From Rhynchobatus australiae (taxonomy: Eukaryota), in NCBI GenBank assembly GCA_034780895.1, contig JAUZTB010000098.1:22928107-22992106 (forward strand): a stretch of 64,000 nt of DNA, given 5' to 3'. The translations under genes and the position numbers were made by a program. The notes under the pieces are model-generated. The model was not told the origin of the DNA and ran no database searches. It saw only the letters and a list, made by a program, of their open reading frames with translations. Below, in pieces: positions 52,160 through 61,810 of this stretch (positions are counted from its first letter, which is position 1; the number at the start of each line of letters is the position of its first letter).

Positions 52160-52280
52160 TTGGAGCAACACACAAAACGTTCGAGGAAATCAGGAAATGC
52201 TGCCTGACCTGCTGAGTGTTCCTGCAGCATTTTGTGCGTGTTGCTCCAGATTCCCAATCTGCAGAATCTCTTGTGTGTCA
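52160..52280. mobile_element. asymmetric fold-back Penelope terminal repeat
   Basis: TGGAGCAACACACAAAA pairs with TTTTGTGCGTGTTGCTCCA; contains ATGCTGCCTGACCTGCTGAGT. Confidence 0.75.
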
Positions 52281-52323
52281 GCATGCATTGAAGTGTCATG
52301 GAGACAACTACTCTGGTCACTTG

Positions 52324-52481
52324 CAGCAAAAAACAGACTGCTGGAGGAACTCAGTGGGTCAAGCAGAATCTGCAGAGGCAAAGGGATGGTTGATGTTTTG
52401 AGTGGAGACCCTGCATCTTGATTGGACCGTGCAAGCAGTTTGTTTTTTGCTACAGATTCCCACATCTCTTGAGTCTCCGTT
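52324..52481. mobile_element. fold-back Penelope terminal repeat with exact 13-bp TSD
   Basis: AGCAAAAAACAGACTGCT pairs with AGCAGTTTGTTTTTTGCT; CTCTGGTCACTTG at 52311-52323 and 52482-52494. Confidence 0.85.
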
Positions 52482-54499
52482 CTCTGGTCACTTGATGGTT
52501 CAAGATTCGTTTGTCTGAATTTTGATCTTTTTTAAGTAATGAGCTGAATCATGCAAAGTCATCTAAAATATTAATTAGTGATCAAATAATGAGAAAATTA
52601 TTTTTTAAGAACAGTGGCCTGGTTCCAGCTCCTTTAGTTAGTGCACTTCTCATTGTGGAAATAAGATGCAGGTCTGGAAGAAAGTGATGGCACTTTAATT
52701 GTTACAAAATGCAAGAAAGTGAAGTAGACCACCAGAGTTAAAAATTGGGAAAAGGCTGTTTGATTCAGAAAAGCTTAATAAAGTGATCTCTTCATTAATC
52801 TCAAAACTGAACTCATGGCAAAGTTTAGACATTTGTCTTCTTAAACTACAGAATGTAAAGTTAAATTACTCACTATGTTCTCTATACAATTGCAACTGTT
52901 TTTTTGAGCTAGGATGGGTTGTTTACTGCTGTGTTCAATGAAACTGGCAGGTCCTGCTGGTGCTGAGGAGAGTGTGAGGGTAAATGGAGATTGTAATACC
53001 TAAACATGTTCAAAACTGTGATTTGCTGAAGCTTACTGTAACTATGTAAGACATGCAAGGTAACATGTGAGTCTTCCACTGTTCATGGTAGATAGTTGAT
53101 CAATTGTTAATCTGACTGTCAATTTAAAAACTGCATGATTTGGTAATGAAATGTTTAATGACATTTTATGAATGTTAAAATGAATCCCAGTAACAGAATT
53201 TTATTCCCAGAATAAGAATTAGTGTTGAGGACTGTTTAAAAAGATAGGCAGACTAAAATGCAGCACTCCTATTGATGTGTGTTTTAATATTCAATGTCCT
53301 GTCCATTTCAGTTAGTCTGAGGTACATATGCATACACCATATGTGCAGGAATCTGCAGGGAGCACCTGTGTCCCAAAGGTCTTGTCATTCTTACTGATTT
53401 ATTGTTTGCAAAGGATGCATTGGAAAAATACAGAAAGTTTAAAACATAGACATCTGCAGAAGCTTTATATGAAAATTTAAAAATAGGAATGAATACGGTT
53501 CATAAGAAAATAAGTGGAGCATGTATTACTTAAACATATGGTACATTAGACTGAAGTCTCAAGGTTATTGTTCAAATATCCTCCCTGTTTTTTCAGAAAG
53601 GCAGAACGAATTGTCGGATTAAGCCAGCACGTTGGAAATGTCTGGCTGGTTAAATTAATTGTTCACTGTGGGGATAAAAATCATCTAAATATTAAACATT
53701 TTAGTTGAAATATACTTGAAATGATGTTGGTTAAAAAGCTTTTCAAGGTAATAAGATCTCATGGTGTCATACAGAAAATGTGGATTTGTATTTGACCCTT
53801 GTAATAAACTAATGCAGATATGCAACAAATAAAAGAAAAAAAGTATAATAAAAATGGTTTTAGTGTTTTCTTACTTGTTATTTCTACTTAGTTAAATTCT
53901 TCAATCTGAATTTGGAAGGTAAGGAAGATATTATTTTGACTCTGAAATGCCTGGTTGCAGATTGCATCCAATTGTCTTCACACTGAAAGAGATTGAGGAA
54001 TCAATGCATGAAAAGTGGGCTGTTCTTAAAATTCATTCTTCACTTTATAACAATTTATGTTGAGGAGGGGGAAGACAGTAATGGCCAATGACCTACAGAG
54101 ACAAGTTATTACTATTAAGGAAAACAGTGCTTCATTCCAAATTGCAATTAATTTGCTTGCCTCTATCACTTTTATATTTGGTTGCTATTGACTTTCAAGT
54201 TTTGCTCAGAGATTTTGACTGGTTGGCTGATTATTTTCTGGCGATTTACAAATGAAAAAAGAAGCAACACTCTGTGCTTGAAATAAAATTAAAATGTCAT
54301 TGAAAAGCTTTTGTGCTGTGGTTCAGTAATATGTAAACAGTGTTTTACCCCATCTTGAATATATTGACGTTTTTGACCCTTGGGTATTTTGCTTTGAGTG
54401 GGACAGACATGGTTATGTTGAATTAGTACTGGTTTCACATGGCTCTGAGGTCAAGCAAAGTAGGAACAGTTCATGTCTGTACAAACTTGCTGGAGTTCA

Positions 54500-55042
54500 G
54501 AGCCTATTGAAGATTATCGTGTGCAATTCTGGTCACCATGTTGCAGGAAGGATGTGGAAGCTTTGGAAATGGTGCAGAGAGATTTACTGGGATGCTGCCT
54601 GGATTGGAGGGGATTGGAGGTTGGACAAACTTGAATTATTTTCTCTGGAGTGTCAGAGGCTGAGGGGAGACCTGACGGAAGTTTATAAAATTAACTGAGA
54701 GGCATAGATAGGATAGAAATTCAGAACCTTTTTCCCAGGGTAGAAATGTCAAGTACCAGATGAGATGCATTTAAGGTGAGAGGGGGAAAAGTTTTGAGAA
54801 GATGTGAAAGGCAGGTTCTTCTTAGATCAAGAGGTGGTAGATGCCTGGAATGGACAGCCAGGGGTTGTGGTGGAACCAGATAAGTTAGTGGCATTTAAGA
54901 GGCTGTTGGATCAACACTTGAATATGCAGAGAATAGAGGGATATTGACATCTGCAGGCAGAAGAGATTCAGTTTAATTAGGCATCATATTCAGCGCAGAC
55001 ATCATGGGCCAATGGGCCTTTATCTGTACTGTACTGTTCTGT
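54500..55042 (+). mobile_element. CR1 LINE 3' end
   Basis: RLDKLELFSLECQRLRGDLTEVYKI in ORF 54507-54698; tail CATGGGCCAATGGGCCTTTATCTGTACTGTACTGTTCT. Confidence 0.9.
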
Positions 55043-55254
55043 GGGCTGGTGTGCAATCAACAGGGCAACAGCTTTTTGCCCAAATGAAAACAAAATTTAA
55101 AAATGAAGCTTAAAGAAATTACTCTACAGTCTTCTGGTGAAACTGGAATGAGATGACTTCTTCAAGATTTTCTTTTCTCCAGAGGCTTTTCTTTTCCTTG
55201 CTGTTTTTTTCCCTTCTCTCCTGATGGATAGTAATTAAAGTTTTACTGAGATAT

Positions 55255-55650
55255 GATATCCAAGCTAATCCCATTTCACTGCATTTGGCTTATGTCCCTT
55301 TTCTATCCATGCACCTGTCCAAATGTCTTTAAAAAATTGTAATTGTACCCGTCTCTGCCGCTTCCTCTGACACTTGTTCTATATATCTACACCCTTTTTG
55401 TGAAAAAGTTTCTCCTCAGGTCTCCTTTACATCCTTCTCTGTCACCTTAAATCTGTGTCCTCAAGTTCTAGACTTCCCTACCCGGGGAAAAAGGCTGTGA
55501 GCATCCACCTTATCTTCTCCCATCATGGTTTTATATACCTCTATAAGATGTCACTCCTCACCCTCCTACACTCCAGGGGAAAAAATGCACCATCCTATTC
55601 AGTCTCTCCTTCTAACTCAAGCCATATAGTCCTGCTGGCACCCTCATGAA
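55255..55650 (-). mobile_element. CR1 LINE 3' end
   Basis: CTAATCCCATTT..TCTATCCATGCACCTGTCCAAATGTCTTT..CTCAGGTCTCCTTT..CACCTTAAATCTGTGTCCTC reversed CR1 3' region. Confidence 0.9.
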
Positions 55651-56439
55651 CCAAAGGAAGCTGTCTGTCCTTTGCTTTCTCTATTGCTACGGAGAAACCA
55701 AACGCAAATTGGAACATCTCATTTCTGTGCGGGTAGCTTACAAGCCACTGAGTTATTCCAGCTTTGTTTTTTTATTCTCGTGGACACATCTTTTGTGCCA
55801 GCTATGAAGTCTTGGTCTGCAAATCCTCTTTCCCTTCGTTAACCAAAGGCTGTGCTGGTACATTGAAGATAGCGGTGAATTTCATCAATGATCTGTCACA
55901 GCAGCCAGAAGCAGAAATTTGCACCCATGTTCTTCATTGCAGTTTGAAGCTATTTTTGGTTCTCTTTAAACTTCTGTATCAGTTAACAATTTGTAGAAAA
56001 GAGAAAACATTTTGGATTTTCTCTTCATGGATAAATTCACTCTGTTTGATGATAATAAAACGTTTGACAGAATTCTGTTCAATTCAATTCCGTTCAATCT
56101 AGGACTTCATTCTCATGCATTGTCATTTGTGATGGTGCAATGCCAGAATGGCTTGGCATAAACACAATGATTCATGTAATTGGGTTGGAGATCTATCCTT
56201 TTATGGTAAGTCTGGAATATTGTGTGATTCAGATTTGAGGAATTTCATAATTAGTTGAAATGATTGAAGTGAGGTTTACCGCTGCGTATCCATTTACATA
56301 TATGCTTAATTACTTGTGTCCAGTTCAGTTGCTGATACTGCTTTGCTCTATAAGTTTCAGATTTTTGAATCTGAATGCTTCACTCCAGTGTGATTGAATT
56401 CCTTTTGCCTTCTGCTTTTCGTAATGTGCTACGTTTCTT

Positions 56440-56817
56440 GCTTGTTCCTATTTCTATGTCCTCCTCCATCCATTCAACTGTCCGATATCTCAGCATTTAA
56501 TGCTGCATCATTGGTAGATTACCCACTCATTTAATCTTTGGGATTCCCTGCATGAACTTCACCATTTATACTCTTTGATCTCTCTTGAAGATGCTTTTAA
56601 ACCTACTGACTTGACTAAGTTTTGCTGCTGTTTTTGAAAACAGTCTTGACTAAGTTTTGCTGTTCTTTTTGAAAACAGTCTTGAAAAGTCTTTAAAAAGG
56701 TAAACATGTTATAAGACCATAAGGTATTGGAGCAGAATTAGGCCGTTCAGTCTACTCAACCATTCGAATGTGGCTGATTTTTTCGGTGTATTAGGTGTTG
56801 CATAAATACAAGTTGTT
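56440..56817 (+). mobile_element. L2 LINE 3' end, with a 35-bp duplication and a short inverted CR1 tail (56709-56783)
   Basis: CTCCTCCATCC..TGGGATTCCCT..AAGATGCTTTTAAACCTAC..TTGACTAAGTTTT; tail ATAAATACAAGTTGTT; insert ATAAGACCATAAG..GGAGCAGAATTAGGCC. Confidence 0.55.
56610..56684. repeat. 35-bp tandem duplication (2 mismatches)
   Basis: CTTGACTAAGTTTTGCTGCTGTTTTTGAAAACAGT / CTTGACTAAGTTTTGCTGTTCTTTTTGAAAACAGT. Confidence 0.9.
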
Positions 56818-58184
56818 CATTTTATGCAGTATCTATCAGAAAATCATCAGAATAGTGGATAAGGCTTGCATTTAATTTAAATTTGTTCCCAGGTGAAGAA
56901 TGCTTTTGAGAGACATCTGTGAACTGCTTTATGGAATTGCCCTTCCTGCTATTGGAGTTAGGCCCAACTTTTGTGNNNNNNNNNNNNNNNNNNNNNNNNN
57001 NNNNNNNNNNNNNNNNNNNNNNNNNNNNNNNNNNNNNNNNNNNNNNNNNNNNNNNNNNNNNNNNNNNNNNNNNNNNNNNNNNNNNNNNNNNNNNNNNNNN
57101 NNNNNNNNNNNNNNNNNNNNNNNNNNNNNNNNNNNNNNNNNNNNNNNNNNNNNNNNNNNNNNNNNNNNNNNNNNNNNNNNNNNNNNNNNNNNNNNNNNNN
57201 NNNNNNNNNNNNNNNNNNNNNNNNNNNNNNNNNNNNNNNNNNNNNNNNNNNNNNNNNNNNNNNNNNNNNNNNNNNNNNNNNNNNNNNNNNNNNNNNNNNN
57301 NNNNNNNNNNNNNNNNNNNNNNNNNNNNNNNNNNNNNNNNNNNNNNNNNNNNNNNNNNNNNNNNNNNNNNNNNNNNNNNNNNNNNNNNNNNNNNNNNNNN
57401 NNNNNNNNNNNNNNNNNNNNNNNNNNNNNNNNNNNNNNNNNNNNNNNNNNNNNNNNNNNNNNNNNNNNNNNNNNNNNNNNNNNNNNNNNNNNNNNNNNNN
57501 NNNNNNNNNNNNNNNNNNNNNNNNNNNNNNNNNNNNNNNNNNNNNNNNNNNNNNNNNNNNNNNNNNNNNNNNNNNNNNNNNNNNNNNNNNNNNNNNNNNN
57601 NNNNNNNNNNNNNNNNNNNNNNNNNNNNNNNNNNNNNNNNNNNNNNNNNNNNNNNNNNNNNNNGCGATAGAAACCCTTTGCAGGCAAGATGGAGTTTGAC
57701 ATCACTGCCTAATGTTTGCTTAGCAGCCAGTGACCGAGAATAATAAAGCAAACACCATTGTTAACTGCAATCCCACGACTTTCCCAACACCAGGAAATTA
57801 GTGTGAGGAATTATAGGTCCAATTGTTGTATTTGACAATTTCTTTCCGACTGAGTCCTATATTTATAAAATAATTGACATTGCAGCTTTATTTGCAGAAC
57901 CCATCATCAGGGACTTTGTCATGTTTAGTTTTTTTAACACCTGATAAGTCTTCATTAATTTGCTCCCTGAATTGCTTGAACCATATTTTGTTGCACAAAC
58001 AAATGTGCTTTATCTTCAATATGTGCTTAATTTTAGCATCTGAAGGAAAGGCTTGCATTTAAGTTGCAGTTTATTGCAACCCCAAAAAGTATGTGGTTAT
58101 GACAGTTATACTTCTAAAGCCACCTTGCTGTAGATGGTGTATTTCTGTTGAGCTGCATTGGAAGACTTCTTAATTTTGTTACTA

Positions 58185-58380
58185 CTCTTTGAGTAGTACC
58201 AAAAGATCTTTAAATCTGCAAAAAAAAGACATGTTAAGCTTGTCTATTGTTTCTGATACAAGGAAATGCACTTCTGCCAATATGGCACTTGATCTGATGA
58301 GCCTCACACAAGTATCAGTTTATTAGTTAATGTACTGATGTTCAAAGGTGGAATTCTTAACCTTTAAGCTACACTGACAT
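58185..58380 (-). mobile_element. highly decayed Deu-SINE fragment
   Basis: CTCTTTGAGTAGTACCAAAAGATCTTTAAATC resembles reversed GTAAAAGATCCCATGGCACTATTTCGAAGAAG; ends GCTACACTGACA like 397-409. Confidence 0.35.
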
Positions 58381-58679
58381 TTTTATACAGAAGCCTGAAA
58401 AATATTGAACCACTGAATGACCAGATTATGGGCAATAAGTTTTGTCATGAGAACTTCTTTCTGTAGTTAGGACACTTTTCTGGTGGACTTGGAATGGAGT
58501 TCTGCACAATTTCAGCATTAATTCTTTCAGCTTGTAAAATATTGTTATGGCCAATCAGTTTATCGTTCTCTTTTGGTTGATAACCTTTGTACAGAGATTA
58601 AAATTTTATGGCATTGATTCCAGAGCCTGTAACTTTGTCTTGGCATTACCATTCTCACCTGTAAATAAGAGCATCCAAT

Positions 58680-59050
58680 CGGCTTGAATATGTAATCCAA
58701 TCTTATCACTAATTACTATACTGAGGTAGTGCTATTTTAGCTGTGGTGTCATTTTGCAGCCGGGATGCTAAACCGAAGCCCCATTTACACACAACTGATG
58801 ATGTAAAAGATTGTATACCATTATTCAAAGGTGATAGGAGTTCTGCATACATTTGGGACAGCATAAGTTTCTTAGTCATCAGAAGATCTAGTTATTTACT
58901 TCATTTTTGTGGGGAAGTATAATGTGTAAAATTGGCTACTGAATTCCCAAAAGCAGTGTTTTTGTTTTGGAAAGAACACTTACTTGGCCGTTAAGTGCCT
59001 TTGGCTGCCCTGAGATCATGAAAACTGCAATTGAAGTGCAAGTCTTACTT
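58680..59050 (+). mobile_element. Deu-SINE, near full-length body and tail (old)
   Basis: TACTGAGGTAGTGCT..GATGCTAAACCGAAGCCCC..ATGTAAAAGAT..AAATTGGCTAC..CCTGAGATCATGAAA..GTGCAAGTCTT. Confidence 0.65.
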
Positions 59051-59474
59051 GGGTTCTTTTTCAATCTGAATCATTGTAATCCACAGAACCCCTCTGTTAT
59101 CTAATTTTTCATTGGTGCAGTACAAGATACTTTATAAATAAGTAATGATAAAACATACTGTAAGCATGTTACTTCACTGATTTCTGTTAGATTCGCACAC
59201 TTTGTAGATACAGAGTTTGGAAAGTGTTCCCGACACGAGAACACCTTCGCCAGAACTTGATGTCCGTGCTCACAGCTGGCCTTATTTTGGATGTATGGAG
59301 TTGGGGGTAGCACATCCAGCAAGTTTGGAACTACTTTTGTTGCGAGTGGTATTTTAAGGTTCCTGATGCTTAAGGGCTTAAATGCTGATATTTAGATGTT
59401 GAAGTTCCAACAAGTCTGTGTCCTTGTATGTGAATGCTAATATTTGGCTTAAATGTGGCAGACAACCGGGGGTA

Positions 59475-59765
59475 AATTAGTAATTGGCTGAGCACCAGAG
59501 ATGCCAGGCCACTCATCAAGAGATGTGAGTTGAAATCCCACCACAGGGAGCCAGTAATTAAAAAAGCTTGGAAATTAAATGGAAAAACTCACTTCTTTGC
59601 TTATAACCATGAAAAATGGCATTGTCATTAAAACAAAATCCACAAAGGGAGGAAATCTGCTATGGACTTGGTGTTGTTGACTCACCATTGCCACCTCAGT
59701 TCAGGGGAGGTCTGAGATGGAGAATAAGTATCAACATTGACAATGGTGTTCCTATCCCATGAATC
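59475..59765 (+). mobile_element. old chondrichthyan tRNA-derived SINE
   Basis: GAGTTGAAATCCCACCACAG (B-box region), ACCATGAAAA..ATTGTCATTAAAAC, GGAGGAAATCTGC, GTTGACTC, ATCCCATGAAT tail. Confidence 0.55.
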
Positions 59766-59884
59766 AAAATAATGGCAAAGTGAGTACTCTGTTGATTGCT
59801 TTTCCAAGATCTGGAAGTTGATAAGGAGTTAATTTGCCTGAAGATATATTTCCATGATATTGGGATATGTATATTTTTATTTTA

Positions 59885-60140
59885 AAGTGAATGAAGCACT
59901 GTGGAAGTGAAGTGACTGTTGCAATGTAGGAAGCGTGCCTGATTTACTATCAACAGGCTCCCAGAAATAAAGCATGCTTCTGACCATCATGTGTTTCAAT
60001 GATGTTCATTGAAGGATAATTGTCAAAGACCTCTTTGAAATGATGCACCAAGATCTTATACAATTATCTGAGAGAGCAGAAAGGATCTTGGTTTGCATCT
60101 GTATAACAGTGTTTCCAACAGTGCAGCATACCCTATCAGG
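59885..60140 (-). mobile_element. Deu-SINE (old), inverted relative to 58680-59050
   Basis: GAAGTGAAGTGACTGTTGCAATGTAGGAAGCG..AAGATCTT..CTGAGAGAGCAGAAAGGATCTTGGTTT..TCCAACAGTGCAGCATACC. Confidence 0.65.
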
Positions 60141-60269
60141 CTTCAAAATTTTTGCTGCTTTTGTTTCTTTGTGGATTCCTTACTCTCCTTGTGCATTGTG
60201 ACTTTGATTATTTGAGGTAAAGGATGTTGAATTAAGGGGTATTTGAAGATCAAGACCTCAGACCTGACA

Positions 60270-60915
60270 CGAAACTCCTGGTCTGCTGGGCGGAGGTGAT
60301 CCTTGCCCGACTCTGTGCAACTGGGATCTGGACTATTCACAGTTGGCACCTCAAGATGCTGGAAAAATATCACTAACACTGTCTCAGCAAAATCCTCCAA
60401 TTTCACTGGAAGGATAAACAAACCACTGTCAGTGTCATCTCTGAGACAAAATCTCCAGCATAGAGATCTTAGTTTACATCGAGTTCTCTGTTCTTGGTGA
60501 ATGTCCTCTGTCCATATCCTTTGCATGCTTGACACCAGACTTTCAAAAGGGACACTCAGTTCTGAACCCTATCATAGGAAGAGATTCCAGTCAGATGGAG
60601 AAAAAGATTGCAGGATTTGTGCCAAGCTTTTTTGAAGAAATGTGTTGTCCTCATTGACTACTGGCAATCTCTGGCACTTTACTGGTCAAAGTGGAGAAGG
60701 AGCATTGAGGATGCTGTTGAGAACCTTGAGGCCAAAAACGATCGAACAACACTGAAGCCCCTTGTAAGCAGTGGAAAGAGCAGACCACTCTTCAAACTGC
60801 ATGCCTGTCTGCCCCATTGGCCTCGTTTGTAGAAGAATCTGCAGCTTCCATATTGGCCTCACTACCCAGAGGGAAAGCATATCATCCTCTGGTCCAAGAA
60901 ATGCCTTAGGGAGAG
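60270..60915 (+). mobile_element. RTE-clade LINE 3' fragment
   Basis: Decayed RMPDTRL-like (TGCATGCTTGACACCAGACTT), HRKR..GEKR.QD, IDYWQSLA..SKWRRSIEDAVENLE, CRRIC.FHIGL (CCHC-like end). Confidence 0.65.
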
Positions 60916-60967
60916 AAAGATGTCATATTTAACCAAAGTGGAAGGAAGCAAAAGGGTAGATGCTAAT

Positions 60968-61398
60968 AGGATCAGAAGAAGGCCCATGTTTGGCCCATAT
61001 CCCACTAAATCTTTTTATCCATGTACCTGTCTAAATGTGATTTAAACATTGTAATTCTACCTGCCTCTGCACCTTCCTTTGGCAGCTTGTTCCATATACT
61101 TACCACCGTCCATGTGGTAAGCTTTCTCCTTTAAATCTTTCCCTGCTCATAAATTTATGCCCTGTGGTTTAGACTCCCCAAACCTGGCAAAAAGACTATG
61201 ACCATCCACCTTATCTGTGTCCCTCATGATTTAATATACCTCTGTAAGGTCACTGCTCAGCTTCTGGTGCTCCTAGGAAAAATGTCTCAGGCTATCCAGC
61301 CTCTAATTCAATCCTTCCAGTCCCAGTAGCATCCTCGTGAATATTTTCTGTACTCTTTCCCGCTTAATAACATCCTTCCAAGAGCTGGTTGACCAGGA
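60968..61398 (-). mobile_element. CR1 LINE 3' end
   Basis: TTTGGCCCATATCCC..TATCCATGTACCTGTCTAAATG..GGCAGCTTGTTCCATATAC..AAGGTCACTGCTCAGC; collinear with 6976-7400 and 55255-55650. Confidence 0.9.
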
Positions 61399-61494
61399 TG
61401 AATGGGTTTCAGTAAACAGCAACAGTCTATTTTGTTATGGGGCTAGAGTGACATAATTTATACCGACACATGCTTTCCAATAGCATTTTTATTC

Positions 61495-61810
61495 CCACCT
61501 GGGTCAAGAAGTTTCAAGTTCAAGTCTCACTCTGTTAAGAATGAATTGTTGAATAGATGTTCCATCTTGCCTCTCAGGATTCATTGGCACCACTTGAAGA
61601 AGAGTGGATGCATTCTCTTAGTATCCTGGCCAACAGTTACAATAGCTAAAACAAATGATCTGGTTACTTCTCTCATTTCTATTTGTGAGACCTTGTGTGT
61701 ATATTGGTTGCTATGTTTCCTTCATTGTGGTCCATTAAGTGCAGGCATGTTGTGAATTGCTTGGGGACATCATAATTTTGTGGGAGGCTCCAGACAAATG
61801 AGTTGTTTCA
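61495..61810 (+). mobile_element. Deu-SINE (old, internally deleted)
   Basis: AGTTCAAGTCTCACTC..GGCACCACTTGAAGAAGAG..TATCCTGGCCAACA..CTAAAACAAATGATCTGGT..TTTGTGAGACCTTG..ATTGGTTGCTATGTTTCCT. Confidence 0.65.

Noticed and set aside
1901-52481. Recurrent palindromic repeats as a CRISPR array or DNA-transposon MITEs
   Set aside because: Dispersed, not regularly spaced, eukaryotic context; contiguous with Penelope GIY-YIG remnants and flanked by variable-length duplications
10293-57751. Long ORFs of 130-361 aa in the ORF track (e.g. 10293-11151, 20819-22040, 35309-35858, 37360-38325, 56822-57751)
   Set aside because: They are almost entirely X residues from N gaps; not evidence of genes
59255-59340. 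VRAHSWP...PASLEL resemblance to the YAP HVRAHSSPASLQL motif
   Set aside because: Similarity is short and discontinuous; most likely coincidental
60143-60535. 130-aa minus ORF without gaps
   Set aside because: Antisense to a decayed RTE fragment; no domain signature
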